DNA of 64,000 nt from Candidatus Komeilibacteria bacterium (lineage in GTDB: Bacteria; Patescibacteriota; Patescibacteriia; UBA1558): contig JBLYPX010000001.1 in assembly GCA_048538235.1 (NCBI GenBank), positions 264,013 through 328,012 of the forward strand, given 5' to 3'. The notes under the pieces were generated by a model, which saw only the letters and a list, made by a program, of their open reading frames with translations, did not search any database and was not told where the DNA came from. This document shows positions 1-9,866 of this stretch, piece by piece. The position numbers were made by a program, and so were the translations under genes. The stretch's first letter is position 1. Each line of letters starts with the position of its first letter.

Positions 1-26
1 GAGGCAGAAGAAGAGGAGCAGGATAG

Positions 27-962
27 TTAATATTTTTTTAATATATTTTGTATATCTTTAAGAGTTGAAACTGCAACCAACTGTTTTTTTAATTCTTTAG
101 CTTGTTTATGGCCTTTAACATACCATAGTAAATGTTTGCGTAATTCAATTAAATTATCTTTATCTTTAACAGATAATTTAGCATGTTTAATAATAGCTTT
201 CTTCATTTGCTGCCAACTTAATTCTTTGTATGTATTTGTTTTTAAATATGATTTAATTTGCTTAAAAAGCCAAGGTTTACCCCAAGCGCCTTGAGCAATA
301 CCAATACCATCTACTTGTGTTTCTTCTAAAACTTTTTTAGCATCCTCTGGTGTATATATACCTCCATTGGCAAGTAATATTCCTTTATATATTTTTCTAA
401 CCTTTTTGACTTCTTCCCAATCAGGATCACCATTAAAGGCTTGTTCAAAACTGCGTCCATGAATCATAATAGCTTGAACAGGCAAATCTTTAATTCTTTC
501 AACCAGCATAGAGGCAGTAGTTTTACCTTTACTTTTCCTCATTTTAATAGAAACAGGTAAAGAAGTAGCCTCGCAAGTAGCTTTAATTATTTCATAAGCA
601 TTGTCTAAATTATCCATTAAAGTACAACCAGAATTATTTTGTACTACCTTCTTAGCTGGACAACCAAAATTAATATCTATGCCAGAAAAGCCTGCTTTCT
701 CTACGATCTTAGCTGCTTGAGCAAACTGTTTAGGATCAGAGCCAAATAATTGTAATACAACTGGTTTTTCTTTAGCTTTGAATTTAAGATAGCTTAAGGT
801 TTTTTTACCTTCATAACACAGACCTGCTGCAGATACCATTTCTGTATAAAGAACATCTGCGCCATATCTTTTACATATAATACGAAAACTGGAATCTGTG
901 ATTCCAGCCATTGGAGCTAAGGCTATTATTGGTTTATTTAATTTATTCCAAAAATTAGTCAT
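27..962 (-). CDS. dus: tRNA-dihydrouridine synthase (Dus family, TIM-barrel flavoprotein)
   Basis: N-terminal 'IALAPMAGITD' motif and overall Dus-like sequence. Its start overlaps the cysS stop by a few nt. Confidence 0.85.
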   Translation of the reverse strand: MTNFWNKLNKPIIALAPMAGITDSSFRIICKRYGADVLYTEMVSAAGLCYEGKKTLSYLKFKAKEKPVVLQLFGSDPKQFAQAAKIVEKAGFSGIDINFGCPAKKVVQNNSGCTLMDNLDNAYEIIKATCEATSLPVSIKMRKSKGKTTASMLVERIKDLPVQAIMIHGRSFEQAFNGDPDWEEVKKVRKIYKGILLANGGIYTPEDAKKVLEETQVDGIGIAQGAWGKPWLFKQIKSYLKTNTYKELSWQQMKKAIIKHAKLSVKDKDNLIELRKHLLWYVKGHKQAKELKKQLVAVSTLKDIQNILKKY

Positions 963-2328
963 GTTTAATTAATGTATATGATTCATTTGAATCATTAACA
1001 GTATATCCTTTATTTTCAATTTCATTTCTTAATTCATCTGCACGTGCCCAGTCTTTATTATTCTTTGCTTCTAAACGCATATCTGCTAATTTAATAATCT
1101 CTGCAGGAATTTTTACAGCTTTAGCACTTTTTAAATTAAGACCAAGCACTTCATCCATTTTAAGGATAGTGGCTTTTTTATCTTTATCTTCAATATTATC
1201 TTTTAATAAATCCCAAACAAGAGCTAAGGCCTTAGGAATATTTAAATCATTATTAATACTATCTGTAAACTTATCTATATATTCTTTATTAACCTTTCCT
1301 TTACCTTTAATACTAGCAATACGGTTTGTTAATTTATTTAAAGCAGATTGTGCAGCATTTAAAGCATCCCAAGAAAATTCTAAATGTTTAGAATAATGTG
1401 TTTGTAATGTTAAATATCTAAAGGCTAGGGGATTAATATTCTTTTTAATTAAATCATCTACAGTAATTGTTTCACCCGCTGACTTGGACATTTTACCTTC
1501 ACGCATAATTAAATGCTCAAAGTGTATCCAGTAATTTGCCATTTTTTTATCGTGTGCTGCTTCAGATTGAGCAATTTCATTAGTGTGATGTATTGGAATA
1601 TGCTCAATACCACCAGTATGAATGTCAAAAGGTTGTCCTAGTAAATCTGTTGAGATGACCGAACATTCTAAATGCCAACCAGGAAAGCCCATGCCCCAAG
1701 GTGAATTCCATTCCATGTCCCTTTGTTTGTCCTGTGGAGAGAATTTCCAAACAGCAAAGTCTGTAGAATTTTTCTTATCTGCCATTTCAATCCTAGCGCC
1801 AGCTTTTAACCCTGTGAGATCTTGTCCAGTTAGCTTGCCATAGTCTTTAAGTTTAGAAGTATCAAAATACAAACCATCTTTAGTTTTGTAAATATATCCT
1901 TTTTTTTCTAATTCCTTAACTAAATCTATTTGCTCCTTTATACAAGATGTTGCTCTTACATATTTATTCGGTGGTAATATATTTAATTTATCGCTATACC
2001 TTTTAAATATATCTGTATAAAATTTTGCAATATCCCAAGCAGATTTATTTTCTTTATCCTTAGCTTTTTCTAATTTATCTTCGCCAGTATCTCCGTCAGA
2101 TGTTAAATGACCAACATCTGTAATATTCATAATATGTTTAACTTTATACCCATTAAAGATAAACATGCGTTTAAGTAAGTCATTCATAATATATGATCGC
2201 ATATTGCCAATATGTGGGTAATCGTAAACTGTTGGACCACAAGAATAAAAGCCAACCCTATTTTTTTTAACAGGCTTAAACTCTTCTTTTTTCTTAGATA
2301 ATGTATTATTTAAATATATTTTATCCAT
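955..2328 (-). CDS. cysS: cysteinyl-tRNA synthetase
   Basis: Class I aaRS with the HIGH-region 'CGPTVYDYPHIGN' and a KMSKS motif. Length is about 457 aa. Confidence 0.93.
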   Translation of the reverse strand: MDKIYLNNTLSKKKEEFKPVKKNRVGFYSCGPTVYDYPHIGNMRSYIMNDLLKRMFIFNGYKVKHIMNITDVGHLTSDGDTGEDKLEKAKDKENKSAWDIAKFYTDIFKRYSDKLNILPPNKYVRATSCIKEQIDLVKELEKKGYIYKTKDGLYFDTSKLKDYGKLTGQDLTGLKAGARIEMADKKNSTDFAVWKFSPQDKQRDMEWNSPWGMGFPGWHLECSVISTDLLGQPFDIHTGGIEHIPIHHTNEIAQSEAAHDKKMANYWIHFEHLIMREGKMSKSAGETITVDDLIKKNINPLAFRYLTLQTHYSKHLEFSWDALNAAQSALNKLTNRIASIKGKGKVNKEYIDKFTDSINNDLNIPKALALVWDLLKDNIEDKDKKATILKMDEVLGLNLKSAKAVKIPAEIIKLADMRLEAKNNKDWARADELRNEIENKGYTVNDSNESYTLIKHD

Positions 2329-2390
2329 ATGTATATTCTATACTAAAAAAGCCTCTATTTAAAGAGGCGAGTATTATTTAAGTTTTAAAA

Positions 2391-3317
2391 TTAAAGCCAT
2401 CTTTTACGTTTAAAATAATAGGCAAGAATTAGCATAAAGGTTGCCATAGCCCCTATTAATATCCAAAAACCATAAGGATGTTTAACAAGAGGCATGAATA
2501 CGGAATTCATTCCAAAGATTGAAGCCATAAGGTTAGCAGGAACAATAATAACAGAAATAACTGTTAATATTTTCATAATATCGTTTAACCTGAAAGATAT
2601 TAATGATTCATTGGTACTGTGTAAAGCTTCAATCGTTTCTCTGTGGTTATTCAATATATCCCAAATATCTTTTGTTTGTTCAAGTATATTTGCATAGTAA
2701 GTATCTATACTAGTTGGAATAAAGTATTTAGTATTTTTAGACATCAACTTCTTAATAACATTTTTATGGGCCTGCATTATCTTTCTGAAGTTTACAATAT
2801 TTCTTCTAACGATTAATATCTTTTCTACCATTTCTCTTTCATAACCCTCAAAGATACCTTTTTCTAGGAAGTCAATATCATCGCTGATGTGATCTAGCAT
2901 TGGAAAACAATACTCTTGTAGTCTGTTCAGTATCTCATAAAGCAATTTAGTAGGATTACCTTGCATGAATTTCTCACGCATTGTGTCATTTAGCTGACAT
3001 TGTTCAAAAAACTTTGTTAAAGGAGATAATTTATCTTTATTAACAGTTATTAAATACTCTGGACCAATAAAAAAGTTTACCTCTGCTGAAACAATTTCTT
3101 TTTTCTCCGGTACATAAATAGGGAAGGTGAGAATTAAAAATATATAGCTATGGTACTCATCTAGCTTTGGTCTTTGTGAAGGAGATAAACAATCTTCAAT
3201 GTCCAATGGATGAAAATCGTAATTCTCTCTTAAGTATTCAGCTTCAGAAGCCTCAAACTTATTGAAGTGTATCCAAGTAAGTCTGTTTGTTTTTATTTTA
3301 TTAACTGCGTTTAACAT
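2391..3317 (-). CDS. corA: CorA-family Mg2+/Co2+ transporter
   Basis: C-terminal two-TM region containing the signature 'GMN' motif ('IFGMNSVFMP'). Confidence 0.85.
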   Translation of the reverse strand: MLNAVNKIKTNRLTWIHFNKFEASEAEYLRENYDFHPLDIEDCLSPSQRPKLDEYHSYIFLILTFPIYVPEKKEIVSAEVNFFIGPEYLITVNKDKLSPLTKFFEQCQLNDTMREKFMQGNPTKLLYEILNRLQEYCFPMLDHISDDIDFLEKGIFEGYEREMVEKILIVRRNIVNFRKIMQAHKNVIKKLMSKNTKYFIPTSIDTYYANILEQTKDIWDILNNHRETIEALHSTNESLISFRLNDIMKILTVISVIIVPANLMASIFGMNSVFMPLVKHPYGFWILIGAMATFMLILAYYFKRKRWL

Positions 3318-3382
3318 AGCAATATTATACCATAATTTTACAAAGTCTTAAAAAAGTTGTGTTTTTTTGGTATAATATATGC

Positions 3383-3838
3383 ATGGAAAAAGAATTTATT
3401 AAATTTGAACAACCCGTATCTCCAGATAAGGTAAATGAGACAAAGGTTGAGGCAAAACCTGAAAAAGTTACTGAAAAAATTAGTGAACAGAGTAGTAATA
3501 CACCTGTTTCTGCTAAAAAGGTGGAACCTAAAGCAAAACCTGTAGCAAAACCCATTGCTAAAGATCCTCAAGTTCAAGAAATTGAGAATATATTAGCAGC
3601 TGGATTAGGTGATTACTATACTTCTCTTAATCCAGTTGAGCAGAAGAAATTTAAAGAATCTGGGGAAGAAGTAGCTAAAGAAGTAAATAGTATATTACAG
3701 AGAGCCGTTATTAAGGTTGAGGAAATAATTGGCGTTATTAGAAAGTGGCTCGGATCTGTGCCTGGTCTTAATAAATTTTTTGTTGAACAGTCTGCTAAAA
3801 TTAAAGCAGATAAAATATTAATTTCACGTAGGAAATAA
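3383..3838 (+). CDS. hypothetical Lys/Glu-rich protein; first gene of an operon with the downstream ATPase
   Basis: The ORF track starts at GTG 3359. ATG 3383 lies 6 nt after a TATAAT box (3371-3376), which suggests a leaderless start. Its stop overlaps the next ATG (taATG). Low-complexity K/E/P-rich N-terminus, no recognisable domain. Confidence 0.5.
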   Translation: MEKEFIKFEQPVSPDKVNETKVEAKPEKVTEKISEQSSNTPVSAKKVEPKAKPVAKPIAKDPQVQEIENILAAGLGDYYTSLNPVEQKKFKESGEEVAKEVNSILQRAVIKVEEIIGVIRKWLGSVPGLNKFFVEQSAKIKADKILISRRK

Positions 3839-6375
3839 TGAACCCAATTGAAGTACCAGAGAGTCAATATAATGTGGAAGTAGATACAAACTATTTCTTG
3901 TTTTTAATTATAGCTTTAGTAGTTCTAGCTATACTTTGGATTATTTTTAAACAAGTAATTAAATATATTAGAAAAAATAATAAATTCCCAGAGGAATGGC
4001 GACCAGTCGTTCTTTCTTTATCTGTACCTAAGATAAAAACAGAAGGAGAAGAAACAATACAAAAGAACCACGAAGCTATATCTATGGCAGAGAACTTGTT
4101 TTCTACCTTGGGTGGTTTAGAGGCGCAGCGTGGATTTAAAGCCTGGCTTTACGGTAGAACAGATGTCTTTTCTATGGAAATGGTTGCCAATAAAGGAATG
4201 ATTGAATTCTATTTAGCAGTACCACAGATTAATAAAGATTTTGTTGTTCAGCAATTACATGCAATCTATCCACATATTAATATAGATGTAATAGAGGACT
4301 ATAATATTTTTCAACCACAGAGTCATGTAGTGGCTGCGGCTTTAAAGTTTTCACGTGAATTCATTTTTCCAATAAAAACATATACAAAGTTAGAGAATGA
4401 TCCATTGAATATTATTACTACATCACTTGGTAAGATTGATGAAACAGAAGGTGCAGCAGTACAGCTTGTTATGCGTTCTGCATATAAGAAGTGGCACTAT
4501 ATGGGTAATAAAGTAGCTTCTACCATGCAGCAGGGTAAAAGTTTAGAAGAAGCTTTAGCATCTGTTGGTATGGGATCTAAATCCGGTAAGATTTTTAATT
4601 TTATTTTTAAATTAATAAAGGCAGCTAGTAATTCAGCTACTAGTGATGGTATGAACACTCCTCCTGTTAGACAAATATCTCCAATGGAACAGGAGCTTAT
4701 TAAAAATATTGAAGAAAAGTCAGCTAAGGCTGGGCTAGATGTTAATTTAAGAGTTATTGTTTCTGCAAATTCAGAACAGGTTGCAAATGCCAAGCTAAAT
4801 GACATGCTTAATTCTTTTGGACAGTTTAGTATGTTCCAACAAGGAAATAGTTTTAAGATTTGGCAACCAAAGAAACAAGTTAAGAGAGATAAAATAGTCC
4901 ATGACTATATTTACCGTAACTTTGATGAGAAGTATAAAATGATAATGAATACAGAAGAGGCGGTTTCATTGTGGCACATGCCATTACCAAATAATGCTAC
5001 GCCTAATATTCGTTGGCTTGGTGCTAAGAAAGCTGCTCCACCAGTTAACTTGCCAACTGAGGGTGTTATTTTAGGTAAGAGCGAGTATAGGGGGATAACA
5101 AGACAAATTAGATTAAAACGTGCAGATAGAAGACGTCATGTATATATTATTGGACAAACTGGTGTGGGTAAGTCTACTGTTATGAAGAATATGATGATAC
5201 AGGATATGCAGAATGGTGAGGGTTGTTGTGTTATTGATCCTCATGGAGATTTTGCAATGGACATGTTAAAAAATGTTCCTAAGGAAAGAGCTGAAGATGT
5301 AATCTACTTTAACCCAACAGATACAGAAAGACCATTAGCTCTTAATATGCTTGAGTATAATAGTCCGGAGCAAAAAACATTTGTTGTGAATGAGCTTTTG
5401 TCTATCTTTGACAAACTTTATGATTTAAAGGCTACTGGCGGTCCTATGTTTGAGCAATATATGCGTAATGCATTATTACTTATCATGGATGACCCAGAAT
5501 CTGGCATGACTTTGATGGAAATACCACGTGTGCTTGCAGATGAAGATTTTAGAGCATTAAAATTAAGTAAGTGTAAAAACCAGAGTGTTAAGGATTTTTG
5601 GGAGAAAGAAGCACAAAAGGCTGGTGGTGAAGCATCACTTGCTAATATGGTTCCATATATTACTAGTAAATTAACACCATTTATTGCTAATGATCTTATG
5701 AGACCTATTATTGCTCAACAAAAGAGTAGTATAGATTTTAGACAAGTAATGGATAATAACAAAATATTAATTGTTAATCTTACCAAAGGTAAATTAGGAG
5801 ACATTAATTCATCATTACTTGGTATGATTATTGTGGGTAAGATTTTACTTGCGTCTTTATCTAGAGTAGATATGGATGAAGACAAGAGAAAAGATTTCTA
5901 TCTTTACATTGATGAGTTCCAAAACTTTACAACAGATAGTATTGCTGTAATTTTATCTGAAGCTAGAAAGTATAAATTGAACTTAGTAATAGCTCATCAA
6001 TATATTGGTCAGCTGGTTAAGAATAATGACACAGCTATTCGTGATGCTGTCTTTGGTAATGTTGGCACAACTATTGCTTACAGGGTTGGCGTAGATGATG
6101 CAGAGATTTTAGCTAAGCAATTTGCTCCTGTATTTAATGAATATGATGTGGTTAATGTTCCAAAATATACAGCTTATGCAAAGATTTTAATAGATAATGC
6201 TAATCCACCAGCATTTAATATTTCTTTTGACAGAGAGCCAGAGGGTAAAAAAGAAATGGCAGATGCTGTTATTGAGCTATCTAGATTAAGATATGGTAGG
6301 GCAAAAGAAGAGATTGAAGCAGAAATTAAGCAAAGAGCTTCAGCAGCTGTAAATGTTTTGAAAAAAGAAGAGTAG
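3838..6375 (+). CDS. membrane-anchored P-loop ATPase, TraD/VirD4/HerA(DUF87)-like
   Basis: N-terminal TM helix; Walker A 'GQTGVGKST'; 'VIDPHGDF' block; Walker B 'LYIDEFQNF'. 845 aa. Confidence 0.7.
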   Translation: MNPIEVPESQYNVEVDTNYFLFLIIALVVLAILWIIFKQVIKYIRKNNKFPEEWRPVVLSLSVPKIKTEGEETIQKNHEAISMAENLFSTLGGLEAQRGFKAWLYGRTDVFSMEMVANKGMIEFYLAVPQINKDFVVQQLHAIYPHINIDVIEDYNIFQPQSHVVAAALKFSREFIFPIKTYTKLENDPLNIITTSLGKIDETEGAAVQLVMRSAYKKWHYMGNKVASTMQQGKSLEEALASVGMGSKSGKIFNFIFKLIKAASNSATSDGMNTPPVRQISPMEQELIKNIEEKSAKAGLDVNLRVIVSANSEQVANAKLNDMLNSFGQFSMFQQGNSFKIWQPKKQVKRDKIVHDYIYRNFDEKYKMIMNTEEAVSLWHMPLPNNATPNIRWLGAKKAAPPVNLPTEGVILGKSEYRGITRQIRLKRADRRRHVYIIGQTGVGKSTVMKNMMIQDMQNGEGCCVIDPHGDFAMDMLKNVPKERAEDVIYFNPTDTERPLALNMLEYNSPEQKTFVVNELLSIFDKLYDLKATGGPMFEQYMRNALLLIMDDPESGMTLMEIPRVLADEDFRALKLSKCKNQSVKDFWEKEAQKAGGEASLANMVPYITSKLTPFIANDLMRPIIAQQKSSIDFRQVMDNNKILIVNLTKGKLGDINSSLLGMIIVGKILLASLSRVDMDEDKRKDFYLYIDEFQNFTTDSIAVILSEARKYKLNLVIAHQYIGQLVKNNDTAIRDAVFGNVGTTIAYRVGVDDAEILAKQFAPVFNEYDVVNVPKYTAYAKILIDNANPPAFNISFDREPEGKKEMADAVIELSRLRYGRAKEEIEAEIKQRASAAVNVLKKEE

Positions 6376-6415
6376 TGCATTATTTGTGCATAAATACTTA
6401 ATTAGTCTGTATATA

Positions 6416-6450
6416 ATGTGGGTAAATTTATCCACATTTTTTATTTATTT
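6416..6450 (+). terminator. rho-independent terminator after the ATPase gene
   Basis: ATGTGG/CCACAT stem with a 10-nt loop, followed by a long T-run. Confidence 0.7.
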
Positions 6451-6596
6451 TTTTAACTTAATTAAAAATATTAATAATATGCATTTTTTAGGCATAAATA
6501 GGGCTTTTGTTTATTTGACAAAATAAGATATAATAATGGTGAAAGTTAGAAAAACAAAACAAAAATAAACTAAAACTAAAATAAAACAATAAAATT

Positions 6597-7175
6597 ATGG
6601 AAGATGAAATAAAACAAAACAATCAGGATCAAGACATTGATCAAGAAGCAGTAAATGGAATCCAGTTAACTTTAGATAAAATTGAGTCTGAATTACAGAG
6701 AATAAAGTTAGAGTTATCTAAAGCAGGATTAACAACAGGCAGGAGTCCAGATTTTTCACCTAAGTTAAAGGAGTTAAGTGAAGAGATTACAGAGGATGAA
6801 AAGATAGTAGAGGGTGTATTTGATGGACAACAGATGATAGGGCCAGACGGTAAGAGATATTCCATACCTGCAAACTATATTTCTAAATCTAAATTAGTTG
6901 AGGGAGATATTTTAAAATTAAGAATTAGCGGCGATGGGTCGTTTATATACAAACAAATCGGACCAGTAGATAGGGATAGAAAAGTTGGTAAGCTGATCAA
7001 GGATGAAGAAGGTAATTATGGTGTAATGGTGGGTAATAAGTTGTATAAAGTGATAGTAGCAGCTGTAACATATTTCCATGGCTCAGAAGGTGAAGAAGCA
7101 GTTATTTTGGTACCAAAAGATACTGAAAGTCAGTGGGCTGCTATTGAGAATGTTATTAAATCTTCAAGCTCATAA
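6597..7175 (+). CDS. hypothetical protein (acidic N-terminus, KOW-like C-terminal segment)
   Basis: 192-aa ORF preceded by an AT-rich intergenic region. No confident family assignment. Confidence 0.5.
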   Translation: MEDEIKQNNQDQDIDQEAVNGIQLTLDKIESELQRIKLELSKAGLTTGRSPDFSPKLKELSEEITEDEKIVEGVFDGQQMIGPDGKRYSIPANYISKSKLVEGDILKLRISGDGSFIYKQIGPVDRDRKVGKLIKDEEGNYGVMVGNKLYKVIVAAVTYFHGSEGEEAVILVPKDTESQWAAIENVIKSSSS

Positions 7176-7196
7176 TTTTTACAATATTTATATATT

Positions 7197-7225
7197 AAAA
7201 GTCGGGAATGTCCCGACTTTTAATT
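7197..7225 (+). terminator. rho-independent terminator
   Basis: Perfect hairpin AAAAGTCGGGA-atg-TCCCGACTTTT followed by T-rich sequence. Confidence 0.75.
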
Positions 7226-7266
7226 TTATAAAATATTTGCTACAATACGAATGCTAATTTCAATAT

Positions 7267-8880
7267 ATGCAGTCAAAAGAAACACTATATAATAAGTACA
7301 GACCTTCAACATTTGCTGATGTGGTTAACCAAAATCACATTAAGATTACGCTGCAAAATGAGGTGTCTAATAATAAGCTAGCTCACGCCTATATTTTTAA
7401 TGGACCAAGAGGTATTGGTAAAACAACCATTGCTAGACTACTTGCTAAAGTTGTTAACTGTGAAAATAGAAAAGAAGGGGAGTCAGAACCTTGTAACAAA
7501 TGCGAAGCGTGTAAAGAAGTAGATAGTGGAAAATCTTTATCTATGGTTGAAATAGATGCTGCTTCACAGACTAAGGTTGATCAAACAAGGGAAAATATTA
7601 TTGCTGCCTCTAGAATTTCTGCAAGCTCAGGTAAGACAAAGGTGTTTATTATAGATGAAGTACATATGTTATCTACAGCTTCATTTAATGCCTTACTTAA
7701 AACACTAGAAGAACCACCAGCTAAGGTTCTTTTTATTTTAGCTACTACTGAAATACATAAGGTACCAGAAACAATTATTTCACGTTGCCAGAGATTTGAT
7801 TACCATCGTTTATCTGTTACAGATCTTACTTCCTGGATGGAAGATATTTGTAAACAAGAAAAACGTGAAGTAAGTAAAGATGTTTTGCAAGCAATTGCTA
7901 AACAAGCAGATGGTGGTGCTAGAGATGCTTTAAGTATATTAGGCCAGGTTTTAACTTTATCTGAAGAAAAAATTAACTTTGATCATGCTTCACTAGTATT
8001 ACCAAGATCAGATATAAGGATAGTTTCAGATTTAACAGATTTTGTTATTAAAAGATCAGCAGCTGATGGTATTAATCTATTAAACAAATCTCTAATGGAA
8101 GGAGTTGATCTAAATCAATTAACAATGGATTGGATAGATTATCTACGTCAGTTATTATTATTTAAACTAGCCGCAGATAATAAGATACTACAGAATAATT
8201 TTGACAAAGAAGTGCAGAAAAAAATGACTTCTCAAACAGAACTTGTCTCTTCAGATCGTATAGTATTTATGTTAGATACATTATTACTTAAGTTTCAGCA
8301 GATTAAATTATCTTCTATACCACATCTGCCAATTGAATTAGCTATTGTAATAATGTGTGGAGAAGGGTTAGATATACCCCAGCCTCCTAAACAGGAAAAA
8401 CCAAAACAAGATAATATAGATCAACCAAAACAAGAAAAGCCTAAACAGGAAATACCTGAGATTAAGAGTGAAAAAGTGCCTGATCCGCCACCAGCTGTTA
8501 AGTCTAATTTAAAGCTAGACGATATCCAGCCGAAATGGCTGGACATTTTAATTGCATTGAAGGAATATAACCATTCTTTATCTGCTTTAATGAAAGTAGC
8601 AAGACCAGTTAGTTTTGAAAACAATATTTTAACATTTGGTTTTGAATATTCTTTTCATAGTGAAGTTTTAGCAGATGCTAATAAAAGACACGCCTTAGAA
8701 GAAATTATTAGTAAGCATTTAGGTGAAAAAATATCTATTGAAGGTATAGTTGATGAAGATTATAATAAAAGAAATGTTTGGCAAGTATTTATTGAAGAAG
8801 AAGCACCTATTGAAGAAAAACAAGAAGAAAAGCCAATTGAGCAAGACGTAGAGGTTGACGTCGCGGCTGCTTTTGGTTAA
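7267..8880 (+). CDS. dnaX: DNA polymerase III subunit gamma/tau
   Basis: N-terminal 'YRPSTFADVVNQ...', P-loop 'GPRGIGKTT', clamp-loader AAA+ boxes. Low-complexity PKQEKPKQ repeats in the linker. Confidence 0.92.
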   Translation: MQSKETLYNKYRPSTFADVVNQNHIKITLQNEVSNNKLAHAYIFNGPRGIGKTTIARLLAKVVNCENRKEGESEPCNKCEACKEVDSGKSLSMVEIDAASQTKVDQTRENIIAASRISASSGKTKVFIIDEVHMLSTASFNALLKTLEEPPAKVLFILATTEIHKVPETIISRCQRFDYHRLSVTDLTSWMEDICKQEKREVSKDVLQAIAKQADGGARDALSILGQVLTLSEEKINFDHASLVLPRSDIRIVSDLTDFVIKRSAADGINLLNKSLMEGVDLNQLTMDWIDYLRQLLLFKLAADNKILQNNFDKEVQKKMTSQTELVSSDRIVFMLDTLLLKFQQIKLSSIPHLPIELAIVIMCGEGLDIPQPPKQEKPKQDNIDQPKQEKPKQEIPEIKSEKVPDPPPAVKSNLKLDDIQPKWLDILIALKEYNHSLSALMKVARPVSFENNILTFGFEYSFHSEVLADANKRHALEEIISKHLGEKISIEGIVDEDYNKRNVWQVFIEEEAPIEEKQEEKPIEQDVEVDVAAAFG

Positions 8881-8892
8881 TATATTTGTTGA

Positions 8893-8966
8893 TCGGAGGT
8901 CGTCTAATGGTAGGACAGCTGGTTCTGGTCCAGCCAATTGGGGTTCGAATCCCTGCCTCCGAACCA
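8893..8966 (+). tRNA. tRNA-Gln (anticodon CTG), CCA encoded
   Basis: 7-bp acceptor TCGGAGG/CCTCCGA; anticodon stem GCTGG/CCAGC with loop TTCTGGT; T-arm GGGGTTCGAATCCC; 3' ACCA. Confidence 0.85.
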
Positions 8967-9059
8967 ACACAGTGTACAGTTAGTGTGACCTGTTCGTATT
9001 AGATATACGTAACGCTTTGCAAAAAAGCATCTTGATTTTGAGATGTTTTTTATTTAGTA

Positions 9060-9088
9060 TTGACACAATTTAGAAAATAGTGTAGTAT
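9060..9088 (+). promoter_or_regulatory. sigma70-like promoter upstream of the J-domain gene
   Basis: TTGACA, 17-nt spacer, TAGTAT. An SD (AAGGGG) precedes ATG 9135. Confidence 0.5.
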
Positions 9089-9134
9089 TATTTGATATCA
9101 TTTTTGAACTTTAACAGAAAGAAGGGGTGATAAT

Positions 9135-9623
9135 ATGTCTACTTATTATGAAATACTAGGTGTCAATCATACTGCCTCTTCTAAAGAAATAAAACAAGCA
9201 TTTAGGAGAAAGGCACACAAGTGTCATCCAGACAAGCCTGATGGAAGTGATGAGAAGTTTCGGATACTTAACGAAGCCTATCAGACACTTTTTGATAATG
9301 CAAAGAGAAAGGCATACGATGAGATGTTGCATACCTCTTCTGCATCAAAAGGTCGTAGAGTAAAAGAAGAGAGGAAAGAAAAAGAGGGCAGAGATAAAAC
9401 TTCTTGGCAACACGGCTCACCTAATAAAGAACATGGAAGTAGTGGCAAACAAAGACGAGCCAAATCATGGCATGAGCCTGAGGTTGATACTAATCAAAAG
9501 GTAAATCTTCCCCATGGACGTGAGTATTGTCATGAATGTAATGGATTTGGATTCAATATGGTAGCTGGCAATGTTCACTTTGGTTGCATGAGGTGCGAAA
9601 GTACCGGGCTAGAACCCATTTAA
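9135..9623 (+). CDS. small J-domain (DnaJ-like) protein with a C-terminal Cys-rich zinc-finger-like tail
   Basis: 'YYEILGV...HPDKP' J-domain with HPD motif; C-terminal 'CHECNGFGF...GCMRCESTG'. Confidence 0.85.
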   Translation: MSTYYEILGVNHTASSKEIKQAFRRKAHKCHPDKPDGSDEKFRILNEAYQTLFDNAKRKAYDEMLHTSSASKGRRVKEERKEKEGRDKTSWQHGSPNKEHGSSGKQRRAKSWHEPEVDTNQKVNLPHGREYCHECNGFGFNMVAGNVHFGCMRCESTGLEPI

Positions 9624-9643
9624 CAAAAGGTCTATAAATAAAT

Positions 9644-9669
9644 AAAAGAGTTTGACCAGCTCTTTTTTG
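9644..9669 (+). terminator. rho-independent terminator
   Basis: AAAAGAG/CTCTTTT stem with T-run. Confidence 0.6.
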
Positions 9670-9840
9670 TTTATGAATATGTGCTATTGATGATAATTTG
9701 AATTATTAAGCAATTGTTTGTAAAAATAATAGAGCAGTAAAAATAAATTGGAGGGTGTATTGGTGGGTGGGGTTATTTTATATTTTTTAATTTGTTTGTT
9801 TTTATATAAGGTTATAATATCGTTAACTTTGTGTGAGTAG

Positions 9841-9866
9841 AAAAATCCCATATGGGATTTTTTTAT
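9841..9866. terminator. palindromic hairpin with flanking A/T runs (bidirectional terminator-like)
   Basis: Perfect palindrome AAATCCCATATGGGATTT followed by TTTTTTATTTT. Confidence 0.55.

Noticed and set aside
1169-1843. Plus-strand ORFs of 75 and 73 aa inside cysS, and similar antisense ORFs inside corA, the ATPase gene, the permease genes, murF, hydA, pcm and murJ (e.g. 2494-2697, 4497-4805, 45631-45906, 46828-47115, 37719-37980, 16802-16984, 25602-25937, 62588-62929)
   Set aside because: All lie within confidently assigned genes on the opposite strand or in another frame. Their translations are low-complexity and none has an RBS. They are typical AT-rich spurious ORFs.
3325-3577. Two overlapping minus-strand ORFs (76 and 79 aa) between corA and the 3383 gene
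   Set aside because: They overlap the promoter and 5' end of the plus-strand operon. Their translations are Phe/Leu/Asn-rich low-complexity artefacts of AT-rich DNA.
8719-8970. 83-aa minus-strand ORF overlapping tRNA-Gln
   Set aside because: It is entirely antisense to a well-formed tRNA gene and its flanks. It has no RBS and low-complexity translation, so it is a spurious ORF.
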